Assembly (NCBI GenBank): GCA_951406725.2
Contig: OX597840.1
Coordinates: 17,918,001-17,982,000, forward strand
DNA: 64,000 bases
Reading direction: 5' to 3'
Source: Octopus vulgaris
Lineage: Eukaryota
Below are positions 1 through 12,588 of the stretch, piece after piece (position 1 is the stretch's first letter; each line of letters begins with the position of its first letter). Both the position numbers and the translations under genes were made by a program. The notes under the pieces were generated by a model. It ran no database searches. It worked only from the letters and a program-made list of their open reading frames with translations, and was not told the DNA's origin.

Positions 1-667
1 CTTTGATCTCTTTCGGGACAATGTTAAATAGGGCAGGACCTGTTGAGGAAAAGAAATTATGTTGCAGTGTACATGTATGCTTGAATTGGGCAGGGGACGT
101 ATGGCCCAAGGTCCCAGTCTTGGATGAACCTTGAAGCTAATGTTCAGGTCGTTTGGGCAAAGTTGGCGGTATATTCTCCACATCGTACAAATGATGTACC
201 GCTCACAGCGACGCTGGAGAGAGTAAAGTTTCAAGGCTTTAAGGCGATCCCAATAATCGAGAGCAGCCATGCCTTCAATTCGTTTAGTGAGTGCCCTCTG
301 GGGTGACTCAATCCTCGAGATGTTTTGTCTTGTATGGGGAGACCACAGTGGGCAGCAGTATTCGAGGTGTGGCTGTACAAAGGAGGAGAAAAGTGGTATG
401 ATGACACCTTGTTCTCTGGACCGGAAAGTTCTTAAGATCCAGGAACTCATCCTACGAGCTATATCGACCTTCTTGTTGATGTGTGCACTCCAACTGAGAT
501 CGTCATCAGCAATTACACCCAGGTCTCTGATATTGTTAGAGGCTGTGAGCGGTTCCCCTGAAGGAAGAGAGTATGGCTGTTTTAGTGAGGAATTTCTTCC
601 AAAATGCATCAGCTCAAATTTTCCCTCATTCAGTTTGCATTTTGTTTCTGTCTGCCCATTGACTCAC
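1..667 (-). mobile_element. CR1-like LINE fragment (C-terminal RT region)
   Basis: The minus strand translates to ...NNIRDLGVIADDDLSWSAHINKKVDIARRMSSWILRTFRSR...FVQPHLEYCCPLWSPH...LDYWDRLKALKLYSLQRR..., typical of CR1 ORF2. Related copies lie at 7580-7960 and 57620-58262. Confidence 0.85.
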
Positions 668-693
668 AGCATATAGATCATGTAGATATATGT

Positions 694-772
<79 letters not shown>

Positions 773-785
773 AAGGGAGATACAT

Positions 786-836
<51 letters not shown>

Positions 837-872
837 TACATACATGTATACATTACATATGTATATATTAGC

Positions 873-930
<58 letters not shown>

Positions 931-945
931 TTAAATATTTCTTAC

Positions 946-1080
946 CCGTTTTTATCAAATTTATCGTTGACAGTTCTGACAGGCCCTGCATAGTTTATTG
1001 TTGCTGTGACCTTGATGAATTCTCTGTTGATCGTGACAACGTGAATGTCTTTTGTTGTTTGTTTTATTAGTAGCTGCCTT
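946..1080 (-). CDS. Putative internal coding exon of an unidentified minus-strand gene
   Basis: Unique sequence with a pyrimidine tract + tacag acceptor (1081-1082) and a gtaaga donor (944-945). It is 135 nt with only one frame open: [45 protein letters not shown]. Confidence 0.55.
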
Positions 1081-1557
1081 CTGTAAAAAAAAAAAGACAA
1101 AAAAAGAAAAGAAAAATGATGAAATAAGAAGCTAAGTATGTAGGCAAAATTTAGAGGGAATAGGATGGGACGAGTTTTCACTGCTTTTTCCGGGTTTATG
1201 TATAAATATAAACCCCAAAATAAGACACTCCTTTTTTTAATGAGTATCACAGAAGGGATAACAGTTCCTCTGTCGTGCACATGTTGGTGCCACTTGTACA
1301 AGTGCTTCACTTTCATTGCAACACGCAGTTATTATTATTATTATTATTGTTATTATTATTATATAATTATAATAATAATAATAATTATTATTATTGTTGC
1401 TATTATTATAGTTATTATTATTATCATTATAATTATTATTATTATCAGTATTATTAAGCATAGGAGTGGCTGTGTATTAAGTAGCTTCCTTACGAACCAC
1501 ATGGTTCCGGGTTCAGTCCCACTGCATGGCACCTTGGGCAAGTGTCTTCTACTATAG

Positions 1558-1847
1558 CCATGTTTCCAAAGGTGAATTATCCAAACCCCAAAGAATTCCT
1601 CTCAACACATGGCTATGATGCTCCCCCACTACTTCTGCTTGTGATCAGAGATGCACATATCGTCAGCCACTAAGGGACATGCTCAACTGGTTACGGTCAA
1701 ACAACTGACAAGCAAATCTGTGGCATTGAGCAGAATATTTGCTGTAGCCCATCTTTTATACCAAGACAAAACAATGTACATGATAACACTTCCAATCAGT
1801 TAAGATCAGAAGCCATGAGAGCCAGTGCTTGGTACTGCATCAGGGCA
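1558..1847 (-). mobile_element. Partial copy of a ~560-bp (TAA)n-flanked non-coding interspersed element
   Basis: Close match to 53320-53608; abuts (TTA)n. Confidence 0.7.
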
Positions 1848-1888
1848 TTTATTATTATTATTATTATTATCATCATTATTATCATTAC

Positions 1889-1919
<31 letters not shown>

Positions 1920-2369
1920 GCAGAATCATTAGCATGCTGGACAAAATGTTTAGCAGTATTTTGCCTGTTGCTACGTTGTGAGTTCAAATGTCACCAAGGT
2001 TGACTTTGCCTTTCATCCTTTCAGGGGTTGATAAATTAAGTACTAGGGTCACTGTGATTGATTATCCTTCTCCCTTCAAATTCCAGGCCTTCTGCCTATA
2101 ATAGAAAGGGTTATTATTATTATCATTATTGTTGCTGTTGTTATTATTATTATACTAAGGTGGTGAGCTGGCAAAATAATTAACATGCTGGACGAAATGC
2201 TTAGCAGTATTTCATCTGCCATTACGTTCTGAGTTCAAATTCTGCCGAGGTCAACTTTGCCTTTCAACCTTTCTGGCTTGATAAATTAAGTACCAGTGAA
2301 ACACTGGGGGGTTGATGTAATCGACTTATGCCCTCCCCAAATGGTTGCTTTTGTGGAAAAATTTGAAAC

Positions 2370-2370
<1 letters not shown>
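1920..2370 (+). mobile_element. Two tandem Nin-domain-like tRNA SINE copies
   Basis: Both carry GACTTTGCCTTTCATCCTTTC-GGGGTCGATAAATTAAGTACCAG and (ATT)n tails; same family as 10476-10708. Confidence 0.75.
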
Positions 2371-2427
<57 letters not shown>

Positions 2428-2428
<1 letters not shown>

Positions 2429-2840
2429 TCTTCTTTCAATTCTGTTTCTATTTCTTTCCGTGTGTCCTCCCAACACCTAGGGCAAAGAAACTCACTGTAT
2501 ACATTGGTAGGCCATCAAAATAAACACAATAGAGTGTTCATTTACGAAGTCATGTGATAGAAAAAAAGGGGAAGAAAGACAGAGGAAAGAAGGAAAACAA
2601 AAAGAAAAAATGGAAAACAAAAATGAACAAAGAAAATAAGGGGTAAAAAGGATAGAAAATTCACAGGGACAAAGCCCTTCTCAATATGTGTGACGTACCA
2701 GTTAAAACAATCTTTTGCACTTCCTATATGGATTGGAAGCCAGGGATCATCCTCAAAGAATTTTCAGTTCCTTTTTTGATCATTCCAAGTGCTCCAAGCA
2801 TTGGTATTGTAACTTTTTCTGAGCTTATAAAATTCTTTTG
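2428..2840 (-). mobile_element. 3' end of an R4/Dong-clade non-LTR retrotransposon (subfamily A) with (AAT)n tail
   Basis: The minus strand reads ...IPMLGALGMIKKGTENSLRMIPG...VQKIVLTGTSHILRRALSL*, then a 3' UTR running into (AAT)n at 2371-2427. Confidence 0.7.
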
Positions 2841-2842
2841 CC

Positions 2843-3852
2843 AAATTATTATTTTATTGTCTTTGCACAACTTCTAACACTAGAGTTGTACCATGGTGTT
2901 AACTGTTCACTATCAGTGAACTAAGTTAACACCCCTAATTTTTTGAGCACCTTCCAGAGTATTCGAGTGGTTCCAAGCAGTGCTGTTTCCTGCAAGTGCT
3001 CCACCCTTATTGCAGCCCCTATTTGTTCCATGTACTTCTCAAGATTTTTACTCACTGTTCCCAGGGCTCTGACAATTATTGGTACTACTACCACCTTTTT
3101 CAGCAACCACAACTGCTTAACCTCCCAAGCTAACCTGTCATATCTATCAACTTTCCTTTCTTCCTTATCGTATACCTTGTTGTCAGCTGGGCATCCTATA
3201 TCTATGATCCAACATAGTTTGTTTTCTTTCTCAATTAACACTATGTCTGGTTTCCTATTCTCTATCTCATGGTCGTACTGAATCATAAAATCCCATAGCA
3301 TCTTTGCATTATTATTTTTGATGATGCCTTTGGGTTTATGTTTGTACCACTTTTTTACTCTGTCAAGTCCATACTTGTTGCAAAGTGTCCAATGGATAAG
3401 CCTGTCTATATTGTCGTGATGTCTCATATTTTTTCTGAGCTAGTGGCATACATTGAGTGATAATATGCCATACGGCTTCACCATTTTGTCCACAAATTCT
3501 ACTCTTACCACTTTCTGGTGTGTTGTCTATTCTGTATTTGATATAATTAGTTCTTAATGCTTGCTCTTGGGCAGCACAGATTAAAGCCTCCGTTTCTGGG
3601 TTTAAATCACATTTAGTCATTCATAGCCATCTTTTTTCTCTGTCTGTCTTATCTCCAACATCCTCATGAAATTGTACATGTATTCTTTTCTTTATCCACC
3701 TATTTCCATTTTCATTCATTTTCAAGTGTTTGTACAGTGCTTTCTCTTTGCAATCTTCCATCCAACACAAACTTGACCTTCTTACTTCCAATAGTAGCAG
3801 TTTTGTGGCATTTTTTACATAGCATGCTATGTTGTTTTCTTTTACTCTAATG
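2843..3852 (-). mobile_element. R4/Dong-clade non-LTR retrotransposon, degenerate Zn-knuckle + restriction-like endonuclease (subfamily B)
   Basis: ORFs 3363-3620 (ETEALICAAQEQALRT...RICG..EAVWHI) and 2921-3427 (RHDNI..LIHW...LWDF...RKPDIV...IIDIGCP...PIIVRALG), joined by a frameshift. Confidence 0.85.
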
Positions 3853-3854
3853 CT

Positions 3855-4450
3855 GAGTTTCGGATGCCGAGGTGGAAATCCACGCCACCATCTCTTCAGT
3901 TATCCAGCCATCGGAAAAATGCTATGGAAAATGACCATTATACAAAGGGAAATTACTGTGTGATTGACCGCTATTAAGACAAAAGAGCTTTTTGAATAAC
4001 AGCTAAGTAAGGAAAGGGGGTAAAAAGTTCATAGTATTCACATAAGCGCGCCTGGTTTTTCTTGTGCTTGTGTGTATATAAACGTGTGTATGAACTTTTA
4101 CAGTGTGCACGAGTGTGTATGTGGGTTTGTATGTATATGCATATACATCTGGCGAAAGATGTGAGTGAGGATGTGTATGTTTTCAAGTGAGGGTGGATGA
4201 AAATATGCGCCTGCACGTGGGTGTGCGGGCATACATGTGTAGGTATGGACAGACACACTTACGCGAATACTATAAAGTTTCTACCCCCTTACCTTACTTA
4301 GCGGTCATTCAAATAGCTCTTTTGTCTTAATAGTGGTCAATAACACAGTAATTTCCCTTTGTATAATGGTCATTTTTCATAGCATTTTTCTGATGGCTGG
4401 ATAAGTGAAGAGACGGTGGTGTGGATTTCCACTTCAGCATCTGAAACTCG
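3855..4450. repeat. Long inverted repeat (arms ~3855-4046 and ~4258-4450), Penelope-like, with a hammerhead motif in each arm
   Basis: The arms are diverged reverse complements around a ~210-nt spacer. Confidence 0.85.
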
Positions 4451-4461
4451 GAGTTTTATCT
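4399..4461 (+). ncRNA. Degenerate minimal type I hammerhead ribozyme
   Basis: GGATAA-[G]TGAAGA-stem II-GAAA-CTC-G-GAG-TT-TTATCT. The inverted copy at 3855-3905 keeps CTGAAGA but is truncated in stem III. Confidence 0.6.
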
Positions 4462-4492
4462 TGGCTACTGAATAATTGTCACATATTACATT

Positions 4493-4574
<82 letters not shown>

Positions 4575-4640
4575 TATATATATATGTATGTATGTATATA
4601 TATGTATGTATGTATGTATATATATGTATGTATGTATGTA

Positions 4641-4674
<34 letters not shown>

Positions 4675-4702
4675 TTTGTATATGTATATATATATGTGTG
4701 TG

Positions 4703-4747
<45 letters not shown>

Positions 4748-5132
4748 GTTTAATGCTTTTGTGATCAATACTGACTAGTCTTTGTTGTTTGTTTTTATTC
4801 AATTCGCTTTTATGTGTGTGCTTGTTTATACATTACTTAATGAAATTTTGAAATATTAAAATGTGTTCGTGAAAAATTGGGGGTATACGTAATTAATTAG
4901 TTTACGTACTTACTTGTTTGTGATGTGTACTTAACCGGATATAGTCCAATATGTACTTCCTCGGATGTAGTCCAACACTTTTAATGAGAATTGCTTGCTC
5001 GGGTGTAGTCCAGTGCTTTGTCAGGGTGGCAAGCGTGTTTACACATGTTGTGTGAGTGACGGAGGTGACACACAGTTAAAATACATCATTTCATTCAGAA
5101 AATAGAAATTAATTTTAATGAGTGTTACTTAC

Positions 5133-5174
5133 TCGGATATGGTCCAACACTTTGTCAGTTATTTTAGGCTCCAT
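5133..5174 (-). CDS. Possible first coding exon (MEPKITDKVLDHIR) of the minus-strand gene
   Basis: ATG at 5174 with an in-frame upstream stop and a gtaagt donor at 5132. It joins the 946-1080 exon in frame only via the downstream cag acceptor (exon start 1073) or an unseen exon. Confidence 0.3.
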
Positions 5175-5303
5175 TTGTTGTCTTTATTCCCAAAGTTTTT
5201 GGATAAATTTTGGAGAAGTGTTTTATCATTCTCACATGTTAAACATCCCCGGTGTTGCTGAATTATTATTATTATTACCATTATTATTATTCTCATTATT
5301 CTC

Positions 5304-5368
<65 letters not shown>

Positions 5369-5369
5369 C

Positions 5370-5401
<32 letters not shown>

Positions 5402-5406
5402 CGTTA

Positions 5407-5471
<65 letters not shown>

Positions 5472-5610
5472 GTTATTATTATTATTATTATTTTTATTAT
5501 TTCGTCCATTCTAGTGGAGTTGTCAAATTGAGAAAATTTGACTATTTTTCATATATGTGCATATATGTATATATATGTATACATGTATATATGTATATGT
5601 GTGTGTGTCA

Positions 5611-5654
<44 letters not shown>

Positions 5655-5860
5655 GTGTGTGTCTTTGTGTCTGTGTTTGTCCCCACCCCCATCGCTTGAC
5701 AATAAATGTTGGTGTGTTTACCTCCCTGTAACTTAGTGGTTCCGCAAAAGAGACTGACAGAATAGTACTAGGGGTCGATTTATTTGACTAAAATCCTTTA
5801 AGGTGGTGCTCCAGCATGGCCACAGTCAAATGACTGAAGCAAGTAAGAGAATAAGAGAAT
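5655..5860 (+). mobile_element. 3' half of CORE-like tRNA SINE (family A)
   Basis: Carries the family tail ...GTGCTCCAGCATGGCCACAGTCAAATGACTGAA. Confidence 0.8.
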
Positions 5861-6030
5861 ATATTGACAGTCAGGTAGACAGACAGACAGACAGGTACAT
5901 ACATACATAGTTACATACATACATACATATATAAATACATACTACATAGACAGAAAGACAGCTAGATAGAGATAGAGGGAGAATGGATGGATGGATGGAT
6001 GGATGGACGGATGGATACAGACAGACAGAC

Positions 6031-6075
<45 letters not shown>

Positions 6076-7162
6076 TCTTTTTATTATGCTCACACAGGGC
6101 TAAACACAGAAAATAGACAATGTAGAGTTTTTCTTTTCGAAGTGGGATGGGTGGAACAGAGATAGGTCGGTAGCTAGACAGACAGACAGATACATACATA
6201 CATACACACATACATTCATAGAAAGATAGATAAACAGACAGAAAGCAGACAGACAGACAGACAGACAGATAGATAGATAGATATAGAAGTGAAACTAGTG
6301 TGAGGGTTGGGTGGTGAGTGGCAAATGTTTACTCAACAACAATTATGAAACCAAGACAATTATTGTGAAAACTTGTCTGTCAATAGAATCGCCTTGACCC
6401 TGTCTGTTGAATATAGTGTTGCCACAACCACCACCACCACCATCACCACCACTAACACCACCACCACAACAACAAGCACAAGAGCAACATTGCTAGTAAT
6501 ACTAGTACATTGACACTAACACCACCACCACAATACCAAGCCACTATTAAATAACATGACCGTTGGTACTTCCTCTTGGTGAGTCATGAACACCAAACAC
6601 CACACCACATCACTAAACAACTGGTGCCACCTATGATAAAGGTCAATGGTCATCACACTTTAGAGTCGATGAGGTGGAGGAAGGTCTCTGTGTGCTTTTC
6701 CGGTGAATTAGAAATAGCAGCCAAATCTCTGTTATAGCATAGCCTACTGTCTTTAAGATGCCTACTGAATATGTTCCAGGAGTTTTTGCACATAGAAGTA
6801 AATACAAAGGTGTGTTTGCCATGGCTGGAATGCATTTGATTACAAGTTTGTTTGATTATAGTTGAGATGGGGTTCAGCAAGAACAACAACAACAGTAACA
6901 GCCTCAATACCAACAAAAACATCAAAAAGCAACAGCAAAAAGTAGACTATTTGCAACAACAACAATGACAACAGCAATAACCATAGCAACAACAACTTCA
7001 GACACCATTATACTACTACTCCAGCCACCACAGTAGCATTATACCAAACACCACACCACCACATCAGGTACTGCCAGGGCCAGATTAAGACCCATAGAGG
7101 CCGTAAGCACTTAACAAGGTTTTGGTAACCCCATATATTTGTAATTCAAAATATAAAAAACT

Positions 7163-7380
7163 CTTTACTCTCTTTCACTCTTTTACTTGTTTCAGTCATT
7201 TGACTGTGGCCATGCTGGAGCACCACCTTTAGTCGATCAGATCGATCCCAGGACTTATTCTTTGTAAGCCTAATACTTATTCTATCGGTCTCTTTTGCTA
7301 AACTGCTAAGTTACGGGTACGTAAACACACCAGCATCAGTTGTCAAACGATGTTGGGGGGACAAACACAGACACACAAAT

Positions 7381-7421
<41 letters not shown>

Positions 7422-7575
7422 CACACATATATACGACAGGCTTCTTTCAGTTCCTATCTACCAAATCCACTCACAAAGCTTTGGCTGGCCCAAGGCTATG
7501 GTAGAAGATACTTACCCAAGGTGCCACGCAGTGGGACTGAACCCAGAACTACTTATGACACAGCCACTCCTACAC
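7163..7575 (-). mobile_element. Family A SINE
   Basis: Reverse complement of the 26417-26815 type, with an internal (CA)/(TA) tract. Confidence 0.85.
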
Positions 7576-7579
7576 CTAC

Positions 7580-7960
7580 ATAGATAAACTTAGATATGTT
7601 TCCACTAAAGATTGGTCCAGGCAATGTCTAACTTAATAGCACCACCTGATAGGATTATCTAAATACATTTTGAGTCAAGTTTTATGGTATCATGGTCCAT
7701 TCAAGTAGTGAGTTCTTGTTGAATGAGTTGTATCTAGGTATGGGTGGCTTATCTGGTATTCTTTGAAGAAATCTGTCCAGACTCCATTTAATGGTGATGG
7801 GATCCTTTTCCTCTTTAATCAGTTTTGAGACAATGTTAAACAGGGCTGGACCTGTTGAGGAAAAGAAATTATGTCGCAGTGTACCTATATGTTGTGATCT
7901 TGAATTGGGCAGGGGACATATGGCTCGTGGTCCCAGCCTTGGATGAACCTTGAAACCAAT
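7580..7960 (-). mobile_element. CR1-like LINE 3' end
   Basis: 7830-7950 matches 1-135, which is CR1 ORF2. Confidence 0.75.
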
Positions 7961-8190
7961 ATAAAAAGTTATAAACCATAAAATATATTTTTATTTTTCA
8001 AAGTAAAGCAAAACTAACAGTAAAATGGAGAATAATGTTTATTTTTGTATATTTCCACTTTATTTATTTTGGTTTTGATTTGATTTTCCAGTTTCAGCTA
8101 ATGAGCTGTGGCCATGCTGGGGCACCGCCATTTAATTTATATTTGAAAATTTTCTACTTTTTTTTTTAGTTGTAAAGTCTTAGATTAGAT

Positions 8191-8487
8191 TGTTGTTTGT
8201 TCCTTTTCAAGCCACACCTGGCTTATAAGGGTCAGTTTCCTGGTTTCCTTGGCATATAGGTTCCCCACCTGGACAGGACGCTGGTCTATCACAGGTGAGC
8301 TTTAAGGTGCAGAAGAGAGAAAGTTGTGGCGAAAGAGTCAGCAGAAGTTCGTCATTACCTTCTGCCAGAGCCACATGGAGCTTAGGTGTTTCGCTCATAA
8401 ACACACACACCACCCGGTCTGAGATTCGAACCTGCAATCCCTCAACCACGAGTCCGCTGCTCTAACCACTAGGCCATGTGCCTCCAC
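8191..8487 (-). mobile_element. tRNA-derived SINE with 12-bp target-site duplication
   Basis: A box TGGCCTAGTGG and B box GGTTCGAATC on the minus strand; TSD CTTAGATTAGAT at 8179-8190 and 8488-8499. Confidence 0.8.
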
Positions 8488-9618
8488 CTTAGATTAGATA
8501 CTCAAAATTAATCGTATATAACACATCTGCTTCTATATTTAGAAAAGATAAAGCATCCTGAATATCTCAGGTCATGTGACAGTACTGGATTAAGACCTAT
8601 GGAGGCTCTAAGCTCTTAAAAGATTTTGGTAACCCCATATATATGTAATTCAAAATATAAACAATAATAAATTAGGAAATATATTTTAATTTTTCAGAAT
8701 GAATCAAAACCATCAGTAAGATGGAATATACAGTTTATTTTTGAATACTTCCATTTTATTTATATTTGAAAAGATTTCTCCTAATTTTTTTTTTAATTGC
8801 AGAGTCTTTGATCAGATTCTCACTATGACACCCATGAAAACCACTTTGAATATTATTTGAGCAAGTTTAAAGTGATTTCTGTTGCGCCTTAAACCATTTA
8901 TTATTTCTGTGTTGTCTCCCCACTTATCTTGATCCCCTAAGCATATGCTTATTTCACTTAATGGTTAATCCAGCACTGTGTGTCCCATAACCCTATTACA
9001 TTCCGCTACAGCTATCACATATATTCTAGATCCTGTGTCCAGAGCCAGATTAAGACCCATGGAGGCCCTAAGACTTGAATATTATTTTAGCAAATTTAAA
9101 ATAGTTCCTCACTTCCCTTGATGCCCTAAGCACATGCTTATTTCTCTTAATGGTTAATCCAGCACTGTGTGTCCCATAAACCTATTATATTTTGTTACAG
9201 ATATCACATATAATCTAGATCCTGTGTCCAAGGCCAGATTAAAATCTAAGCACTTAAAAGGTTTTGGTGACCCCATAAATATATGCAATTCAAAATAAAC
9301 AATAATAACCATAAAATATATTTTGATTTTTCAAAATGAAACAAAACCAACAATAAGATGGAGAATAATGGATATTTTTGTATACTTCCACTTTATATTT
9401 GAAAAGTTTTCTTTTTTTAAAAAAAAAGTCTTTTTTAAAAAGTCTTTGATTAGATCCTCACTTATGACACTATGAACACTTTGAAGTTATATTTCCAATC
9501 ATATTAATCATCATATCACTTCAAATACTATTTTAGCAAGTTTATAGTGATTTCTTTTGTGCTGTAAACCTTTTACCATTTCTGTATGTGTGTGTGTGTG
9601 TGTGTTTATGTATATGTG

Positions 9619-9654
<36 letters not shown>

Positions 9655-9656
<2 letters not shown>

Positions 9657-10010
9657 AAAAAATACAAACTGGGACAAGACGTAAAACATTTAGAAGACGA
9701 TACAAAAAATACGGACGGGACATTCGAAGCCTTCAATCTTCAGTCAAGAACCGGATCATCCTAGCAATTTCAGCTGATTAATCTTGAGATCGCTCTGATC
9801 TGGCCAGCCCAAGGAAAAACTAAGCTATGAGCATTAGATTTCTTGGAAAAAGGATTGAATGTATACGAAACAGGGACAGAAAAACGGACGATGCCATACA
9901 AATATAAAATACAAAAAACAATGATGGTAAAAACATGACAAAAACAGCGGGTGTCTTACGACTAATAGACAGTACAACTTAGTTTAGCTGGCGTATTTGG
10001 AAATACACAC
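9655..10010. mobile_element. (TA)n-embedded non-coding interspersed element (putatively Penelope-derived)
   Basis: Near-identical to 27155-27520 and related to 17205-17760 and 20975-21440. The classification is inferred. Confidence 0.6.
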
Positions 10011-10172
10011 ACACATATTTCTGTGAGAGTTAGAGGTTGAGAAGCCAACCCAACTAAGGGATAGTGCCTATCCAATATCCTGCTGGTAGTGTACCCAATT
10101 ATTCATACCCAAATGCTGGTTATTGTGTGGCTTCATTTCATTTTGAAAAATAAAAATTTATTGTATGGTTTA

Positions 10173-10392
10173 TTATTGTTTAATTTGAATTGCATATATT
10201 TTTTCTTGATGATCTCTGATAACTATATCTGGTTTATTGGCCTTAATTTCTCTGTCTCTGTGTATTGGCATATCCCATAGCATGGTTGCTTTCTCATTTT
10301 CTGTGACCTTTTCTGGCATGTGCCTATACCATCTTTTTTCTGTTGCTATTCCATAGTGTTGGCATAGCTTCCAGTGCATATAGGACCCAACT
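10173..10392 (-). mobile_element. R4/Dong-clade endonuclease fragment
   Basis: RVGSYMHWKLCQHYG...RWYRH...LWDMPIHRDREIKANKPDIVIRD, abutting (TAA)n. Confidence 0.8.
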
Positions 10393-10420
10393 CTACTATT
10401 ACTATTACTACTACTACTAC

Positions 10421-10456
<36 letters not shown>

Positions 10457-10475
10457 TATTATTATTATTATTATT

Positions 10476-10709
10476 AAGGCGGCGAGCTGGCAGAAACGTT
10501 AGCACGCCGGGTGAAATGCGTAGCCGTATTTTGTCTGTCGTTACGTTCCGAGTTCAAATTCCGCTGAGGTCGACTTTGCCTTTCATCCTTTCGGGGGTCG
10601 ATAAATTAAGTACCAGTTATGCACTGGGGTCAATGTGATCGACTTAATCCCTTTGTCTGTCCTTGTTTGTCCCCTCTATATTTAGCCCATTGTGGGTAGT
10701 AAAGAAATA

Positions 10710-10749
<40 letters not shown>

Positions 10750-10961
10750 TAAGGTAACAAGTTGGCAGAACCATTAGCATGCCAGGCAAAATGCTTAATG
10801 GCATTTCATGTCTTTATGTTCTGAGTTCAAGTTCTGCTGAGGTCAAATTTGCCTTTCATCCTTTCTGGGTCAATAAATTAAGTACCAGTTGCATACTGGG
10901 TCAATCTAATCGACTGGCCCCATCCCCCAAAATTTCAGGCCTTGTGCCTAGAGTAAGAAAG

Positions 10962-10962
<1 letters not shown>
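10476..10962 (+). mobile_element. Two Nin-domain-like tRNA SINEs (10476-10708, 10751-10962)
   Basis: GGCGAGCTGGCAGAA head, GAGTTCAAATT B box and a GCCTTTCATCC...ATAAATTAAGTACCAG core; embedded in (TTA)n. Confidence 0.8.
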
Positions 10963-11023
<61 letters not shown>

Positions 11024-11183
11024 ATTGGTTGGAGATAAATTGAAAATTCACCATTCCACAATTCCACTGGGAAAGACGCTTTTTCGTCAGACAAAATATC
11101 TTAAATAACTGGTGCCAGCCTGAGTCAGAAAATGGTAAAATGTATCATTGACAACATTTGTGTATGTGTAAGTTTGTGCTTGC

Positions 11184-11218
<35 letters not shown>

Positions 11219-11372
11219 TTTGTGTGTGTGTGTGCGAATGCGCGTGAGTGTATTTCGATCAGGTGATCTTGTTCTATCCATAATCTGTTAGAACACTGTG
11301 TTACAAAGTAGGGCTACAGACTACATGGTGATTACTGCCTTACTACTTCATGGCTGTACGTAGTAGGATGAG

Positions 11373-11404
<32 letters not shown>

Positions 11405-11616
11405 GATGGGATTCTTTCAGTTTCCACCTACCAAATCCACTTTGGTCAGACCAAGGCTATAGCAGAAGACACTTGCCCAAGGTGCAACACAGTGGGAGTG
11501 AATATAGAACAATGTGGTATGCAAGCTACTTACCACACAACCACTCCTGCACCTATGTGTATATATATATATATACTCATATACATGCCTATAAATAAAA
11601 ATATATATCTATATAT

Positions 11617-11823
11617 AGTTAATCCAAATATGAAAGCACAAAAAAACACAACAACGCGAGGATGTGGAACAAGTATAGTATTATCGGACGCTCAGGAAAG
11701 AAGGAAAGAAGGAGGGTTTAATGTTTCAAGCGGAGCTCTTCGTCGGAAATGTAGGAGAAGTAAAGATCCAGAGAAGGGAAGACAGAGGAAAAAAAATCGC
11801 CAATGGTACACACGCGGTCACAT
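11617..11823 (-). mobile_element. ~200-bp hammerhead-bearing element (family H1)
   Basis: Reverse complement of 41437-41636 and 57011-57213; motif at 11716-11750; flanked by (TA)n. Confidence 0.8.
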
Positions 11824-11847
11824 TTATATATATATTTATACATATAG

Positions 11848-12555
11848 GTGCAGGTGTGGCTGTGTGGTAAGAAGTTTACTTTCCAAGTACATGTGTCCAT
11901 GTTCAGTCCTACTGTGGGGCACCTTGGGCAAGTGTCTTCTACTATACCCTTGCACCAACCAAATCCTTGTGAGTGGATTTGATTGAGAGAAACTGAAAGA
12001 AGCCCATTGTGTGTGTGTGTGTGTGTGTGTGTGCCTGTGTTTGCGCACATATGTATGTCTTTGATACCTAACACTGCTTGACAACCAGTGTTGGTGTGTT
12101 TACATCCCTGTAACCCAGCGGTTTGGCAGAAGAGACTGACAAGTACCAGGCAGAAAAAAAGTAGTTGGGTTGATTCATTCACCTTAAAATTCTTCAATAC
12201 GGTGCCCCAGCATGGCCACAGTCGAATGACTGAAACAAGTAAAAGATAAAAGGTATATGCATTAGCTAATATGATAATTTTTTCGCTATGTATTTACTAG
12301 TTGTACGAAAGACACAATACTTAGAGCAGATGCACATATTCATATGCACTTACGTGAAATTAGTTATTCATAGGCGTTGGAGTGGCTGTGTGGTAAGTAG
12401 CTTGCTTACCAACCACATGGTTCCAGGTTCAGTCTTCAGCTATAGCCTCAGGCCGACCAAAGCCTTGTGAGTGGATTTGATAGACGGAAACTGAAAGAAG
12501 CCCGTCGTATATATGTATATATGTGTGTGTGTCTGTGTATGTGTGTGTGTGTGTC

Positions 12556-12588
<33 letters not shown>

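Larger units (their letters stand above)
7075..9560. mobile_element. Cluster of four related MITE copies (TIR ~CAGGGCCAGATTAA...TTAATCCAGCACTG) with nested insertions
   Basis: Copies start at ~7075, 8580, 9039 and 9228, with right TIRs ending at ~8976 and ~9166. The ~60-bp spacer between copies is itself duplicated. Confidence 0.65.
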
